This document shows positions 1 through 8,970 of a stretch of 32,959 nt of DNA, piece after piece. The position numbers and the translations under genes are program-made. Under the pieces are notes generated by a model. It was given only the letters and a program-made list of their open reading frames with translations, did no database searches and was not told the DNA's origin. Source of the stretch: a virus (lineage: Duplodnaviria > Heunggongvirae > Uroviricota > Caudoviricetes); IMG/VR virus record IMGVR_UViG_2554235419_000004; one strand, given 5' to 3'. How positions within the stretch are numbered: position 1 is the stretch's first letter; each line of letters starts with the position of its first letter.

Positions 1-1362
1 ATGTTTAAACCGGAACTCCTTTCCCCGGCGGGAACGCTGAAAAATATGCGTTACGCTTTCGCTTATGGCGCAGATGCTGTTTATGCGGGCCAGCCGCGTT
101 ATTCCCTGCGTGTGCGCAACAACGAATTCAACCACGAAAATCTTCAGCTCGGCATCAATGAAGCCCACGCGCTGGGGAAAAAGTTTTATGTCGTGGTCAA
201 CATTGCACCGCACAACGCCAAGCTGAAAACCTTTATCCGTGACCTGAAACCGGTGGTGGAAATGGGGCCGGATGCGCTGATTATGTCCGATCCAGGGCTG
301 ATTATGCTGGTGCGTGAGCACTTCCCTGAAATGCCGATCCACCTTTCGGTGCAGGCTAACGCCGTGAACTGGGCGACGGTGAAATTCTGGCAGCAAATGG
401 GCCTGACCCGCGTGATCCTCTCTCGCGAGCTGTCGCTGGAAGAGATTGAAGAGATCCGCAATCAGGTGCCGGATATGGAGATCGAGATCTTCGTTCACGG
501 CGCGCTGTGCATGGCCTACTCCGGTCGCTGCCTGCTCTCTGGCTATATCAACAAGCGCGACCCGAACCAGGGCACCTGCACCAACGCCTGCCGCTGGGAG
601 TACAACGTCCAGGAAGGGAAAGAAGATGATGTTGGCAACATCGTACACAAGTACGAGCCGATTCCGGTGCAAAATGTTGAGCCGACGCTGGGTATCGGCG
701 CACCAACCGACAAAGTGTTTATGATCGAAGAGGCCCAGCGTCCGGGCGAGTATATGACCGCGTTTGAAGATGAGCACGGCACTTACATCATGAACTCGAA
801 AGATCTGCGCGCCATCGCCCATGTAGAACGCCTGACCAAAATGGGCGTGCATTCGCTGAAAATCGAAGGTCGTACCAAATCTTTCTACTATTGTGCACGC
901 ACCGCACAGGTTTACCGCAAAGCTATCGATGACGCCGCTGCGGGAAAACCGTTCGATACCAGCCTGCTGGAAACTCTGGAAGGTCTGGCGCATCGTGGCT
1001 ATACCGAAGGTTTCCTGCGTCGTCATACTCACGACGATTATCAGAACTACGAATACGGTTATTCAGTTTCTGACCGCCAGCAGTTTGTTGGTGAGTTTAC
1101 CGGTGAGCGCAAGGGGGACCTCGCGGCGGTAGCGGTGAAAAATAAATTCTCCGTTGGCGACAGCCTTGAGCTGATGACGCCGCAAGGCAACATTAATTTT
1201 ACCCTTGAGCACATGGAAAACGCCAAAGGCGAAGCTATGCCGATAGCACCAGGCGATGGTTATACTGTGTGGCTCCCGGTCCCGCAGGATCTTGAGCTCA
1301 ATTACGCGCTGCTGATGCGTAATTTCTCCGGGGAAACCACGCGTAATCCCCACGGTAAGTGA
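1..1362 (+). CDS. yegQ: U32-family peptidase YegQ (host gene, complete)
   Basis: 453-aa ORF starting at base 1 (MFKPELLSPAGTLKNMRYAF...); sequence and length match my recollection of E. coli YegQ; GC-rich host-like composition; lies outside the att repeats. Confidence 0.85.
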   Translation: MFKPELLSPAGTLKNMRYAFAYGADAVYAGQPRYSLRVRNNEFNHENLQLGINEAHALGKKFYVVVNIAPHNAKLKTFIRDLKPVVEMGPDALIMSDPGLIMLVREHFPEMPIHLSVQANAVNWATVKFWQQMGLTRVILSRELSLEEIEEIRNQVPDMEIEIFVHGALCMAYSGRCLLSGYINKRDPNQGTCTNACRWEYNVQEGKEDDVGNIVHKYEPIPVQNVEPTLGIGAPTDKVFMIEEAQRPGEYMTAFEDEHGTYIMNSKDLRAIAHVERLTKMGVHSLKIEGRTKSFYYCARTAQVYRKAIDDAAAGKPFDTSLLETLEGLAHRGYTEGFLRRHTHDDYQNYEYGYSVSDRQQFVGEFTGERKGDLAAVAVKNKFSVGDSLELMTPQGNINFTLEHMENAKGEAMPIAPGDGYTVWLPVPQDLELNYALLMRNFSGETTRNPHGK

Positions 1363-1446
1363 TTAATTTCGATTATTTTTCCCGGATGGAAAATTCTTAG
1401 AAACCGATCACATACAGCTGTATTTATTAAGGTTATCATCCGTTTC

Positions 1447-1533
1447 GCTGAAAAACATAACCCATAAAATGCTAGCTGTACCAGGAACCACCTCCTTAGC
1501 CTGTGTAATCTCCCTTACACGGGCTTATTTTTT
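1447..1533 (+). ncRNA. cyaR: CyaR (RyeE) small regulatory RNA; its 3' terminator hairpin and T-run overlap the prophage attL core
   Basis: Sequence GCTGAAAAACATAACCCATAAAATGCTAGCTGTACCAGGAACCACCTCCTTAGCCTGTGTAATCTCCCTTACACGGGCTTATTTTTT matches CyaR as I recall it; ends in hairpin plus T-run. Confidence 0.85.
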
Positions 1534-1534
1534 A
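1507..1534. repeat. attL core (aatctcccttacacgggcttatttttta)
   Basis: Exact 28-bp direct repeat of 32457-32484; overlaps the cyaR terminator. Confidence 0.85.
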
Positions 1535-1597
1535 CGCGTAATACAATGAAATAAAAGGATTTATTTCTGGTCACGTCCACACATTGACCACATCGAC

Positions 1598-1625
1598 AAA
1601 AAAGCCCCTCGACTGAGGGGCTTCC
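1598..1625 (-). terminator. Rho-independent terminator downstream of ogr
   Basis: Inverted repeat agcccctc/gaggggct with a 4-nt loop, followed on the minus strand by a T7 run. Confidence 0.6.
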
Positions 1626-1634
1626 TGTTTGTAA

Positions 1635-1853
1635 TTACATCCACATAATTTGCTGCCCTGACGGCAACGGGTGCGGTCTTACGGCGTGGACTTCTCCCGG
1701 CTTCACGATGTATCGCTGTACCGACTCATAAGTGATGAACGTGGCGCTGCAATTCACGTTCTGGCACTGGTGATAACGCTCTTTTGTCGTGTCAGTGATA
1801 TAGCGACTTGTACGCGCATGTGCGGCATGCTGGCATAAAGGACAATGAAACAT
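1635..1853 (-). CDS. ogr: Ogr late-gene transcriptional activator (zinc-finger), 72 aa
   Basis: MFHCPLCQHAAHARTSRYITDTTKERYHQCQNVNCSATF... with a C-x2-C...C-x4-C zinc motif; matches P2 Ogr / E. coli OgrK as recalled. Start taken at the internal ATG (1853) of the longer 100-aa ORF call. Confidence 0.85.
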   Translation of the reverse strand: MFHCPLCQHAAHARTSRYITDTTKERYHQCQNVNCSATFITYESVQRYIVKPGEVHAVRPHPLPSGQQIMWM

Positions 1854-1933
1854 CGCGAGCACCTCTTCCGGTTTTGTTGATGGTGCCATTTTAGTTAATT
1901 TATCCTTATAAAACAAACAGATAAAACAAAACA

Positions 1934-3097
1934 TCACTCATCATCTTCGGTTTCGTACTCCACATCAGAAAGCCTGACCTCAAGCTCCAAGGACGTCGTG
2001 AAGCCGCTATTATTCAGAAAATGTGTCACCTTAGTGATTGTCCAGTCCTGCTCGTCTATGACGCGCTTAAAGCCTGACACTTTGACCGGCGTTTCCGTGT
2101 AAATATCTGCCCGACCAGTAGCCAGACTGATGGAGAACTCCGCTACACCCCGTTGCAGTTTATCCCACTTCGCCTGAGCGGCGCGCATGGCCTGTGCTTT
2201 CGTGGCATATACCGTGGTCAGGGCAAAAACGTTATCAGCCTCACCGGCCATGTATTCACCTTCACGCGCTTCCGGTACTTTTGGCGCTTTCTTCTGCGTG
2301 ACTGGTTTCGCTTTCGGGTGCTCCAGTGCGCGCAGGTGTTTCTCTTTCTTTTTGCGTTTCAGTTTTACCTTCTGCTTTTGCGGCTTCGGGTCTTTGGTGT
2401 GTAACCACTTTGCCGTTACGCCGGTATAGGCTCCACGGTCAGCAATCGCAAAATGATGACGGTCACCGTCGCTGCGGGTGAGGGTAATCTGCGGGATTTT
2501 TTTACCGCTGGCAGTCACCCCCTGCCCCGCTTTGAGAAACAGCAGTTTTCCCATTTTTACCGACACCTCACCGCCGTTGCGTTCTGCAAGACGGGTCAGA
2601 AATTTCGCATCAGACTCCTGCGACTGGTCGATGTGCGGGATTTTAATTCCGGCCAGTGACGGAGCGACACTGGCTTCCAGCCTGTTACGGGAGGCTATCG
2701 CCTCAACAATCGCACCGAGCGTGGTGTCATGCCATGAGCCTTCACGGCGGGAATTGAGCGTCCCGCGAAAATCTGCACTCCGGGCGCGGATGGTGACCAC
2801 ATCCGGTGCGCCCCGGTGTTCAACCTCATCAACGGTAAATTTCCCTTTGCATACCAGGGCAAAACCTTTCCAGCCGATATACACCGTCAGGACAGCGCCA
2901 CGAATCGGTAGTCCGACCTGCCCGTCGGCATCGTTCAGTTCAATATCAAGCTGGTCAGCCTCAAAGCCCCGGTTATCCGTCAGGGTCATGCTCATCAGAC
3001 GGTCGCTGATATTGCCGGTAATATCCCTGCTGTCGAGCATCAGCATGTAATCCGGCGTCAGCGTACTGCCTGCATCAAATGTCAGCGCATCCAGCAT
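1934..3097 (-). CDS. D: Tail protein gpD, 387 aa
   Basis: 387-aa ORF in the P2 position between ogr and U; length identical to P2 gpD as recalled. Confidence 0.8.
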   Translation of the reverse strand: MLDALTFDAGSTLTPDYMLMLDSRDITGNISDRLMSMTLTDNRGFEADQLDIELNDADGQVGLPIRGAVLTVYIGWKGFALVCKGKFTVDEVEHRGAPDVVTIRARSADFRGTLNSRREGSWHDTTLGAIVEAIASRNRLEASVAPSLAGIKIPHIDQSQESDAKFLTRLAERNGGEVSVKMGKLLFLKAGQGVTASGKKIPQITLTRSDGDRHHFAIADRGAYTGVTAKWLHTKDPKPQKQKVKLKRKKKEKHLRALEHPKAKPVTQKKAPKVPEAREGEYMAGEADNVFALTTVYATKAQAMRAAQAKWDKLQRGVAEFSISLATGRADIYTETPVKVSGFKRVIDEQDWTITKVTHFLNNSGFTTSLELEVRLSDVEYETEDDE

Positions 3098-3576
3098 TAT
3101 CCCGCCCCCGTCATACCCGTGAATTTAGTCGCCATACTGCCAGCCTTACCGATGAGCGATTCCGCCTGTTTACCGATATCGCCATAAAGCGCGGCCAGTG
3201 ATTCATCAACGCGGGTGAGCGACAGCGTAAAATCAATTTTTCGGGGTGTGCCATCTGCAAAGAAAATACTCCCTGTTTCACTCACCTTGCTGATGACATA
3301 CATGCCGTAAATCATTCCGGTGCCATCCAGCAACGGCCACGCCCGGCCTTCCTCTGCCATCAGTCTGAGCGTGGTCATCGTCAGCTTTCCGCCGGTCAGT
3401 TCGGGATAAAGCACACCGGCAAGCGTAATGTTTTCCTCACCCACACCGAGAAACTGAAAGGCATCCCGTTTGCCGATACGGGAATTTGACGGCCAGCGAT
3501 AATCTGATTCACGCTGCATGGTCTGGTGTGGCAGCGTCTGGCGCATAAAAACAAACATACCTAACGCGAGCATCAT
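3097..3576 (-). CDS. U: Tail protein gpU, 159 aa
   Basis: 159-aa ORF between T and D; length and synteny as in P2. Confidence 0.75.
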   Translation of the reverse strand: MMLALGMFVFMRQTLPHQTMQRESDYRWPSNSRIGKRDAFQFLGVGEENITLAGVLYPELTGGKLTMTTLRLMAEEGRAWPLLDGTGMIYGMYVISKVSETGSIFFADGTPRKIDFTLSLTRVDESLAALYGDIGKQAESLIGKAGSMATKFTGMTGAG

Positions 3577-3590
3577 TTTTCGTCACCTCC

Positions 3591-6038
3591 TTAACCGTCA
3601 TGCATCATGCTGGCACGGGCGCGCGCACGTTTATCCCGCTCGTATTTTTCGAGCGCATCCTGTAACTGGCGGTCGAGCTGAGTCCCCGGCGCAGTACCGC
3701 CCGTCAGACTGATGTGATATTCGTTTTTACTCTGGTCCACATAAGAGCGGCCAGCCGGTGCCGTAACCGGCTGATAAGCCTGATAGCCTGCATAAGAGCT
3801 GGTCGCCGGAATATAACCACCGGTGCCATACGTGGCGGCATGAGTTCTGGCGGCAGTCTGGTCAAGTGCGTCAGACTCTTTGTTGATAACACCGAGTTTT
3901 TCCAGTACCCAGTCAATACCACTGCGCAGTTTGTTGAACGCACTAAGCGGCAGCATCAACGCGTCAGCCAGTGCCTGCCCGAACATGACGCCCGTGTCAC
4001 GGCAACGATTCAGGGTGTCCTGGGTGGCTTTGACCGGGGCAATCAGGTTTTTAAACCACTGCCACGCGGCCTGTAACTTTTCACCCAGCCAGTCAAACAC
4101 CGGTTTAAGTGGCGTGAACAGTTCCCCCACCGGCGCAAATGCCGCTTTCAGCCCTTCCACCACACCGCCAAAGAATGCGCTGACAGGCTCCCAGTATTTA
4201 CGGATAAGCAACGCCCCGGCGACAATGGCGGCCACCACGGCCACAACCGGCCAGCTAATCGCCCCGATGGCGGTTATAACAGCACTGCCAACCGTCGTGA
4301 AGATTGCCCCCATTGCGCCTGCTGCCGCGATGATGGCATTGATGCCGGTGATAACCGGCCAGGCTACAAGACCAATGGCACCGATGATGCCAGTAAGTGC
4401 CAGCGCGCCACCGGCAATGAGGCCAATGGTTGACGCCAGTGATTTGTTTTTCTGGATCCAGCCGTCGAGTTTTAACACATACTTTGTGGCCGTCTGCGTG
4501 AGCTTACGCAGCGCGCCTTCCTGCTGGTCAAACAGGTCAGTCCCCACCGCCTCATAAGCGGACTGAAACTCCTTAAAGTCACCGCCGAGGTTGTCCTGCA
4601 TGATATTTACCAGCTCTGCGGTCTTCCCGTCTGAGGCTTTAAACGCAGCGGTCAGTTTGTCCAGCTTTCCGGTTGAGGCGGCAGTCATCAGCACAGCGGC
4701 GGCTGAGCTGGCCTCCTCCCCGAAAATGGTTTTCATGTATTCAGCCTGCTGGGCAGTACCGAGCCGGTTTTTCTCAAAACTGGCCTGCATTTCTTTCAGA
4801 ATGGTAAATACTGGTCGGGTGTTTCCCTTGCTGTCTGAGGTTTTCACACCAAGCTCTTTCAGTGCATCCCATGCTTTTCCCGTCGGTGCCTGCAGGCGGC
4901 TTAACACGGCACGGCTTCCCGTCCCCGCCATTGAACCGGTAATTTTTGCGTCATGCAGCGCCCCGACCATTGCGGCGGTTTCTTCAATGCTGACACCGGC
5001 ATTTTTTGCCACTGGTGCGGCATAGGTCAGCGCATCGCTCATACCGTCAAAATCGGCGGCGGTTTTGTTCATCGTCATGGAGAGAACATCCCCGATATGA
5101 GCGACCTTATCGTTTGAAAGCTGAAAGGCGGATTTCATCCCCATCAGCAGGGCGGCGTTTTCTTCCATCGTGCGGCGGTTCGCCAGCGCCATATTCAGCG
5201 TGACCGGCGTTGCCGCCTGAATGGCATCAACATCCCCACCGGCTTTCGCAATGATAATCTGCGCACCGGCAGCATCATCCGCCGAGGCGGCAGTATTGTC
5301 GCCGAGCTGGCGCGCCTGTTTGCGGAGCGCGGCCATTTCGGCGGAATCTTTTGCCACACCGAGCACGGCCTGCAATTCTGAGTTTTTCTGCGCAAACTCA
5401 TAACCGGGCATCAGCAGCTTAACTCCGGCCATCGTTCCCGCCGCCGCAATCCCCACACCGGCAGCGCCCACTGAGGCCATATTTCCGGCAAGTTCTTTTC
5501 CTGCCTGATAACGCTGTTTGACTGCGTTAAGTTTTGCCTGTTGTGCACTGACACGCGCCAGCGCGTCACGCTGCCGGTTAAGCTGTGCGGTGGTTTCACT
5601 GATACGGTTTTTCAGCCCCTGCTCATCATGTGCAAGATTGCGGGTATTAATTCCCACAGCGGCCAGTTCCCGCTGCTGGCGTTTAACGGAATCCGTCAGG
5701 CGGTTATATTTCGCCTGTAAGTCCTCCGCCGCACGCTTTGCGGATTCCAGCACTTTCGCCTGAGCACGGGTCGGACGTTCAGTGTTTTTAAACTGTGTGG
5801 CAAGTGCTTCGGCCTCCTGCCGTGCCTTTTCAAGTGCATGACCAGTCACGGCGAGCTGTGCACTGGTCTTGCGAAACCCCTCAATACGGGATGCCTGACC
5901 GTTCAGCTCGCGCAGTGATTTTTGTGTTTCCCGGATATCCCCCGACAGCGACTTACTCGCTGTGCGGATGGATTTAAACGGGCGGGATGCCTGGTCAACA
6001 GCCCTGAGCAATACCTGTAATTTTACATTGTTACTCAT
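3591..6038 (-). CDS. T: Tail tape measure protein gpT, 815 aa
   Basis: 815-aa ORF with Ala/Gly-rich coiled and hydrophobic segments; follows E/E' as in P2; length identical to P2 gpT as recalled. Confidence 0.85.
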   Translation of the reverse strand: MSNNVKLQVLLRAVDQASRPFKSIRTASKSLSGDIRETQKSLRELNGQASRIEGFRKTSAQLAVTGHALEKARQEAEALATQFKNTERPTRAQAKVLESAKRAAEDLQAKYNRLTDSVKRQQRELAAVGINTRNLAHDEQGLKNRISETTAQLNRQRDALARVSAQQAKLNAVKQRYQAGKELAGNMASVGAAGVGIAAAGTMAGVKLLMPGYEFAQKNSELQAVLGVAKDSAEMAALRKQARQLGDNTAASADDAAGAQIIIAKAGGDVDAIQAATPVTLNMALANRRTMEENAALLMGMKSAFQLSNDKVAHIGDVLSMTMNKTAADFDGMSDALTYAAPVAKNAGVSIEETAAMVGALHDAKITGSMAGTGSRAVLSRLQAPTGKAWDALKELGVKTSDSKGNTRPVFTILKEMQASFEKNRLGTAQQAEYMKTIFGEEASSAAAVLMTAASTGKLDKLTAAFKASDGKTAELVNIMQDNLGGDFKEFQSAYEAVGTDLFDQQEGALRKLTQTATKYVLKLDGWIQKNKSLASTIGLIAGGALALTGIIGAIGLVAWPVITGINAIIAAAGAMGAIFTTVGSAVITAIGAISWPVVAVVAAIVAGALLIRKYWEPVSAFFGGVVEGLKAAFAPVGELFTPLKPVFDWLGEKLQAAWQWFKNLIAPVKATQDTLNRCRDTGVMFGQALADALMLPLSAFNKLRSGIDWVLEKLGVINKESDALDQTAARTHAATYGTGGYIPATSSYAGYQAYQPVTAPAGRSYVDQSKNEYHISLTGGTAPGTQLDRQLQDALEKYERDKRARARASMMHDG

Positions 6039-6458
6039 TCGTGTTTCCGCTTCGCCGGAGCGCCTTTTCGCGCCATGTGATGAGTTCGGTCAGGCTCATG
6101 GGATACAGTTCTGATGGCGGCCAGTGAAATATCACTGCCACATCCGCCATCAGGTCATCGACCGAGAGATTTTTCGGGAACGTCACTGCACCGAGTTCGG
6201 CGACAAAAAACCGACCACCTTACCGGCCAGCGCCACAAGGTCAGGCAGTTCCAGTGCGGCGACCTCCTGCTCGGTCAGCATCGGTGCCGTCATGCGCGGC
6301 AGCACCTTAATCAGTGCATCGACTTCGGAGTTTGCGACCGCAGCCAGACTGACACCGCGCAGCGTCCCGGCATTGGGTTTCATCAGCGTGACCTGTTCGA
6401 TAACCTGCTCACCACGCTTGACCGGATTGTCCAGGGTAATCACATTTTCTTTGTTCAT
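6031..6458 (-). CDS. gpE+E' tail assembly chaperone made by programmed -1 frameshift, 142 aa predicted
   Basis: Manual translation: after the slip at T TTT TTG (plus 6204-6210) the -1 frame reads VAELGAVTFPKNLSVDDLMADVAVIFHWPPSELYPMSLTELITWREKALRRSGNTNE and stops at TAA overlapping the T start (ATGAGTAA); 85 + 57 = 142 aa, the P2 E+E' length as recalled. Confidence 0.75.
6183..6458 (-). CDS. E: Tail assembly chaperone gpE, 91 aa (zero-frame product)
   Basis: 91-aa ORF ending ...KVVGFLSPNSVQ; contains the GGT TTT TTG slippery site near its 3' end. Confidence 0.8.
   Translation of the reverse strand: MNKENVITLDNPVKRGEQVIEQVTLMKPNAGTLRGVSLAAVANSEVDALIKVLPRMTAPMLTEQEVAALELPDLVALAGKVVGFLSPNSVQ
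6204..6210 (-). promoter_or_regulatory. Slippery heptamer TTTTTTG for the E/E' -1 ribosomal frameshift
   Basis: Plus-strand caaaaaa = minus-strand TTTTTTG within the codons GGT TTT TTG of gpE. Confidence 0.75.
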
Positions 6459-6514
6459 GGTTTTCTCACTTCTGAATCGGGGTTAACCGGTCAGCCAGGC
6501 TGACCGGATGAAAA

Positions 6515-7033
6515 TCACAGGCCGATATTGCGGCGGTGTTGCTCCAGCCGGTCGACGCCGTTCACCTTCTCAATCATGTTGATGGTGTCGATTTCGACCA
6601 GCTCCTTACCGTCCATCGTCAGCCGGAAATAGGTGCAGACCACGGAGATTTTCGACTCGGTGTCTTCTCCCTGTTTGCCCTCGCCGGTGTCGATTTCTTT
6701 CTGACGTCCACGCATGACCACTTCGACGGCCACCGTTTCGCCGGTATCGTCACGCTGGTAAGAGCCTGCAAAACGAATCGGCACAGCATCCACACCGGTT
6801 GCGGCGTAAAGCTCCCAGATAACCGAATCCGGGAAGCCACCGAGCGACCACTCCATTGACAGCGCATCGTCATCAAGGCCGAGGTCTACCGGTGCGCTGC
6901 CGTTCATCCCCGCACCGCGATAGTTTTCGAGCTTACGGGTCAGTTTTGGCAGCGTGACGGACTTTGCAACGCCCTGATAGCTGTAGCCGTTCAGAAAGAC
7001 GTTCATTAACTTGAGTTTGCGCGGCATTGCCAT
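6515..7033 (-). CDS. FII: Tail tube protein gpFII, 172 aa
   Basis: 172-aa ORF directly downstream of FI; length and synteny as in P2. Confidence 0.8.
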   Translation of the reverse strand: MAMPRKLKLMNVFLNGYSYQGVAKSVTLPKLTRKLENYRGAGMNGSAPVDLGLDDDALSMEWSLGGFPDSVIWELYAATGVDAVPIRFAGSYQRDDTGETVAVEVVMRGRQKEIDTGEGKQGEDTESKISVVCTYFRLTMDGKELVEIDTINMIEKVNGVDRLEQHRRNIGL

Positions 7034-7045
7034 CGGTCAGGCTCC

Positions 7046-8236
7046 TTAATTGCTGTTAACCGAGGTGACCAGATTTGCCAGATATTTATCGGTGATACGC
7101 TGGCGCAGGGTCAGGTTTTCGAGAGGAGGCACCGGGGTATAGTCGTAGTCGATATACAGTTTTCCGGCCTTGAGGGTTTCCGCATCGTTGGATTCTTCGC
7201 TGAACCAGCAGGTCGCATCCACGATATAGCCGTTTGTTTTCAGCTCACGGAATTTGGCATTAATGCCGTCAACGATGTCGCGAATCAGCGTTGCGGTGAT
7301 GGGCTTGTCCACCGCCCACATGTGCGCCTCAGCCATCGTGTCGGCCAGCACCTGCGCGGTGCGGGTGTAGTTTTCAAAGAGGAACAGCGGGTCATCAGAG
7401 CAGGTACGGTTACCCCAGAAGCGGAAACCGTCACGGCGAATCAGCGTTGTGACGCCTGACTCGTTAAGCAGGTCAGCATCGGTGCCGGACTCCTGCAAAT
7501 CCCAGAATACAGAGGCACTGATGCCGGTAACACCGTTTACCCCGACATTGGACAGCGTTTTATGCCAGCCCTGCTCCTGGTCGATTTTAGCGCGCAGACC
7601 CAGCGCACGGGCGGTGGCATACGCGGTGGCGGTGGTGCTGCTGACCGTATCCCATGCGAGGAAATCCGGCCAGATGACCATCAGCTCACGCTGGCTGAAA
7701 TTCTGGCGGTAGGCTTTCACCTCGGAAATGGTCTTACAGCCCCATGCGCTGATATATCCGAAAGCGCGCAGCTTCTGACAGACTGATGCCAGTGCAACAG
7801 CCACCTCTTTGGTATCCAGCCCCGGCACACCAAGAATACGCGGTTTAACACCGGTTACCGACTCTGCCGCCAGCAGAGCTTTCAGTCCGGTATACTGACC
7901 ATTTTCGTCGGTGGTGCCGATGATATTGGAAACGGTCTGCGCGAGCTTCGTTTCTTCGTCGTCGCCGGTTCCGTCTTCCACGCGCACGACAACGGTGACC
8001 GGTTTTGACTGGTCAGCGATGGCCTGCAACGACGCCGCCAGCGTACCTTTTTTACCGGCCTTTGCAATTGCGCTCTGCACATTGGTAATCAGCACCGGTT
8101 TATTGAGGGGGAAGCTTTCCGCATCCGCATCGCTGGCCGTGCAGACCATGCCGACAATGGCGGTGGATACAGTGGAAATGACGCGGGTGCCGTCGTTAAT
8201 CTCCAGCACCTGCACGCCATGATGATAGTCGCTCAT
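7046..8236 (-). CDS. FI: Contractile tail sheath protein gpFI, 396 aa
   Basis: 396-aa ORF; length and position as P2 gpFI. Confidence 0.85.
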   Translation of the reverse strand: MSDYHHGVQVLEINDGTRVISTVSTAIVGMVCTASDADAESFPLNKPVLITNVQSAIAKAGKKGTLAASLQAIADQSKPVTVVVRVEDGTGDDEETKLAQTVSNIIGTTDENGQYTGLKALLAAESVTGVKPRILGVPGLDTKEVAVALASVCQKLRAFGYISAWGCKTISEVKAYRQNFSQRELMVIWPDFLAWDTVSSTTATAYATARALGLRAKIDQEQGWHKTLSNVGVNGVTGISASVFWDLQESGTDADLLNESGVTTLIRRDGFRFWGNRTCSDDPLFLFENYTRTAQVLADTMAEAHMWAVDKPITATLIRDIVDGINAKFRELKTNGYIVDATCWFSEESNDAETLKAGKLYIDYDYTPVPPLENLTLRQRITDKYLANLVTSVNSN

Positions 8237-8295
8237 CCGTTTAACTCCGTGGTTAATGGGTGAGTGGTATTTTCAGTTGTGCCGGAGATGTCAGG

Positions 8296-8889
8296 CTATT
8301 TGTCCCGGTTGGCTAAGGGATGACACAATTTATTCTTTGTCGCTGATGAGGGAAATTTTTTATAGAGCGTGGACAGACCAATATCAAAAATCAGTGCCAC
8401 GCGTTGACGTGACTCCCCTGCAGCCAGCAAACGCCCGGCCTGCTCCCACTCACTCGCGGTGAGTTTCGGTCGTCTGCCACCAATACGACCTTTGGCTCTG
8501 GCCGCTTCCAGTCCGGCGCGTGTCCGCTCGACAATGAGTTCTCGTTCCATTTCGGCCAGGGCACCCATCACATGAAAGAAAAAACGCCCCATCGGCGTGC
8601 TGGTATCAATAGCATCCGTCAGGCTGCGAAAATTAACGCCGCGTTCGCGCAGCTCCTCAACCAGAATGACCAGATGCCGCATACTACGCCCCAGCCGGTC
8701 CAGCTTCCAGACTACCAGTGTATCCCCCTCCGATAATGTCCTGAGCAGTTTTTTCAGTCCCGGCCTGTCGGACTTCGTGCCGCTGATTTTGTCCTCAAAA
8801 ATCAGCTCACATCCTGCGCACTCCAGCGCGTTACGCTGCAATTCCGTATTCTGGTCATTTGTTGACACGCGTACATAGCCAATAAGCAT
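8296..8889 (-). CDS. Serine-recombinase DNA invertase (Hin/Gin/Pin/Cin family), 197 aa
   Basis: MLIGYVRVSTNDQNTELQRNALECAGCELIFEDKISG...VVWKLDRLGRSMRHL...GRFFFHVMGALAEMERELIVERTRAGL...: catalytic Ser in the VRVSTNDQ motif and a C-terminal HTH. GGGGGA Shine-Dalgarno 5 nt before the ATG at 8889. Confidence 0.9.
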   Translation of the reverse strand: MLIGYVRVSTNDQNTELQRNALECAGCELIFEDKISGTKSDRPGLKKLLRTLSEGDTLVVWKLDRLGRSMRHLVILVEELRERGVNFRSLTDAIDTSTPMGRFFFHVMGALAEMERELIVERTRAGLEAARAKGRIGGRRPKLTASEWEQAGRLLAAGESRQRVALIFDIGLSTLYKKFPSSATKNKLCHPLANRDK

Positions 8890-8944
8890 GAGCATCCCCC
8901 TGAATAAAAACCGGAGATGATGCCAGTTGCCCGTTATCTCTGCA

Positions 8945-8970
8945 TTTTCATAAACGTTGGTTTGGGAGAA
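8945..8970. other. Invertase crossover site, left (hix/gix-like, 26 bp)
   Basis: ttttcataaacgTTggtttgggagaa; its right half is the exact inverse of the left half of the 10784-10809 site; it encodes the conserved ...GLGE junction in frame. Confidence 0.75.

Noticed and set aside
446-1353. Several 79-96-aa ORFs on both strands inside yegQ
   Set aside because: Internal or antisense to the complete 453-aa host gene; no independent support.
3714-5977. Numerous plus-strand ORFs of 60-225 aa antisense to the tape measure gene T
   Set aside because: They lie entirely inside the well-supported 815-aa T gene on the opposite strand and are Ala/Ser/Pro-rich as expected from reading GC-rich coding DNA in reverse; no ribosome-binding sites.
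6114-6503. Plus-strand ORFs of 120-129 aa overlapping gpE and E'
   Set aside because: Antisense to the E/E' frameshift cassette, which is strongly supported by the slippery site and the coupled stop/start with T.
8256-8462. 68-aa plus-strand ORF overlapping the 3' end of the invertase gene
   Set aside because: Overlaps the well-supported invertase on the opposite strand; no start context.
8917-8958. Apparent ATG start of the alternative tail-fibre cassette at 8917
   Set aside because: The sequence upstream of the crossover site is intergenic and the ATG has no ribosome-binding site; the cassette is promoterless and would be expressed only as a fusion after inversion.
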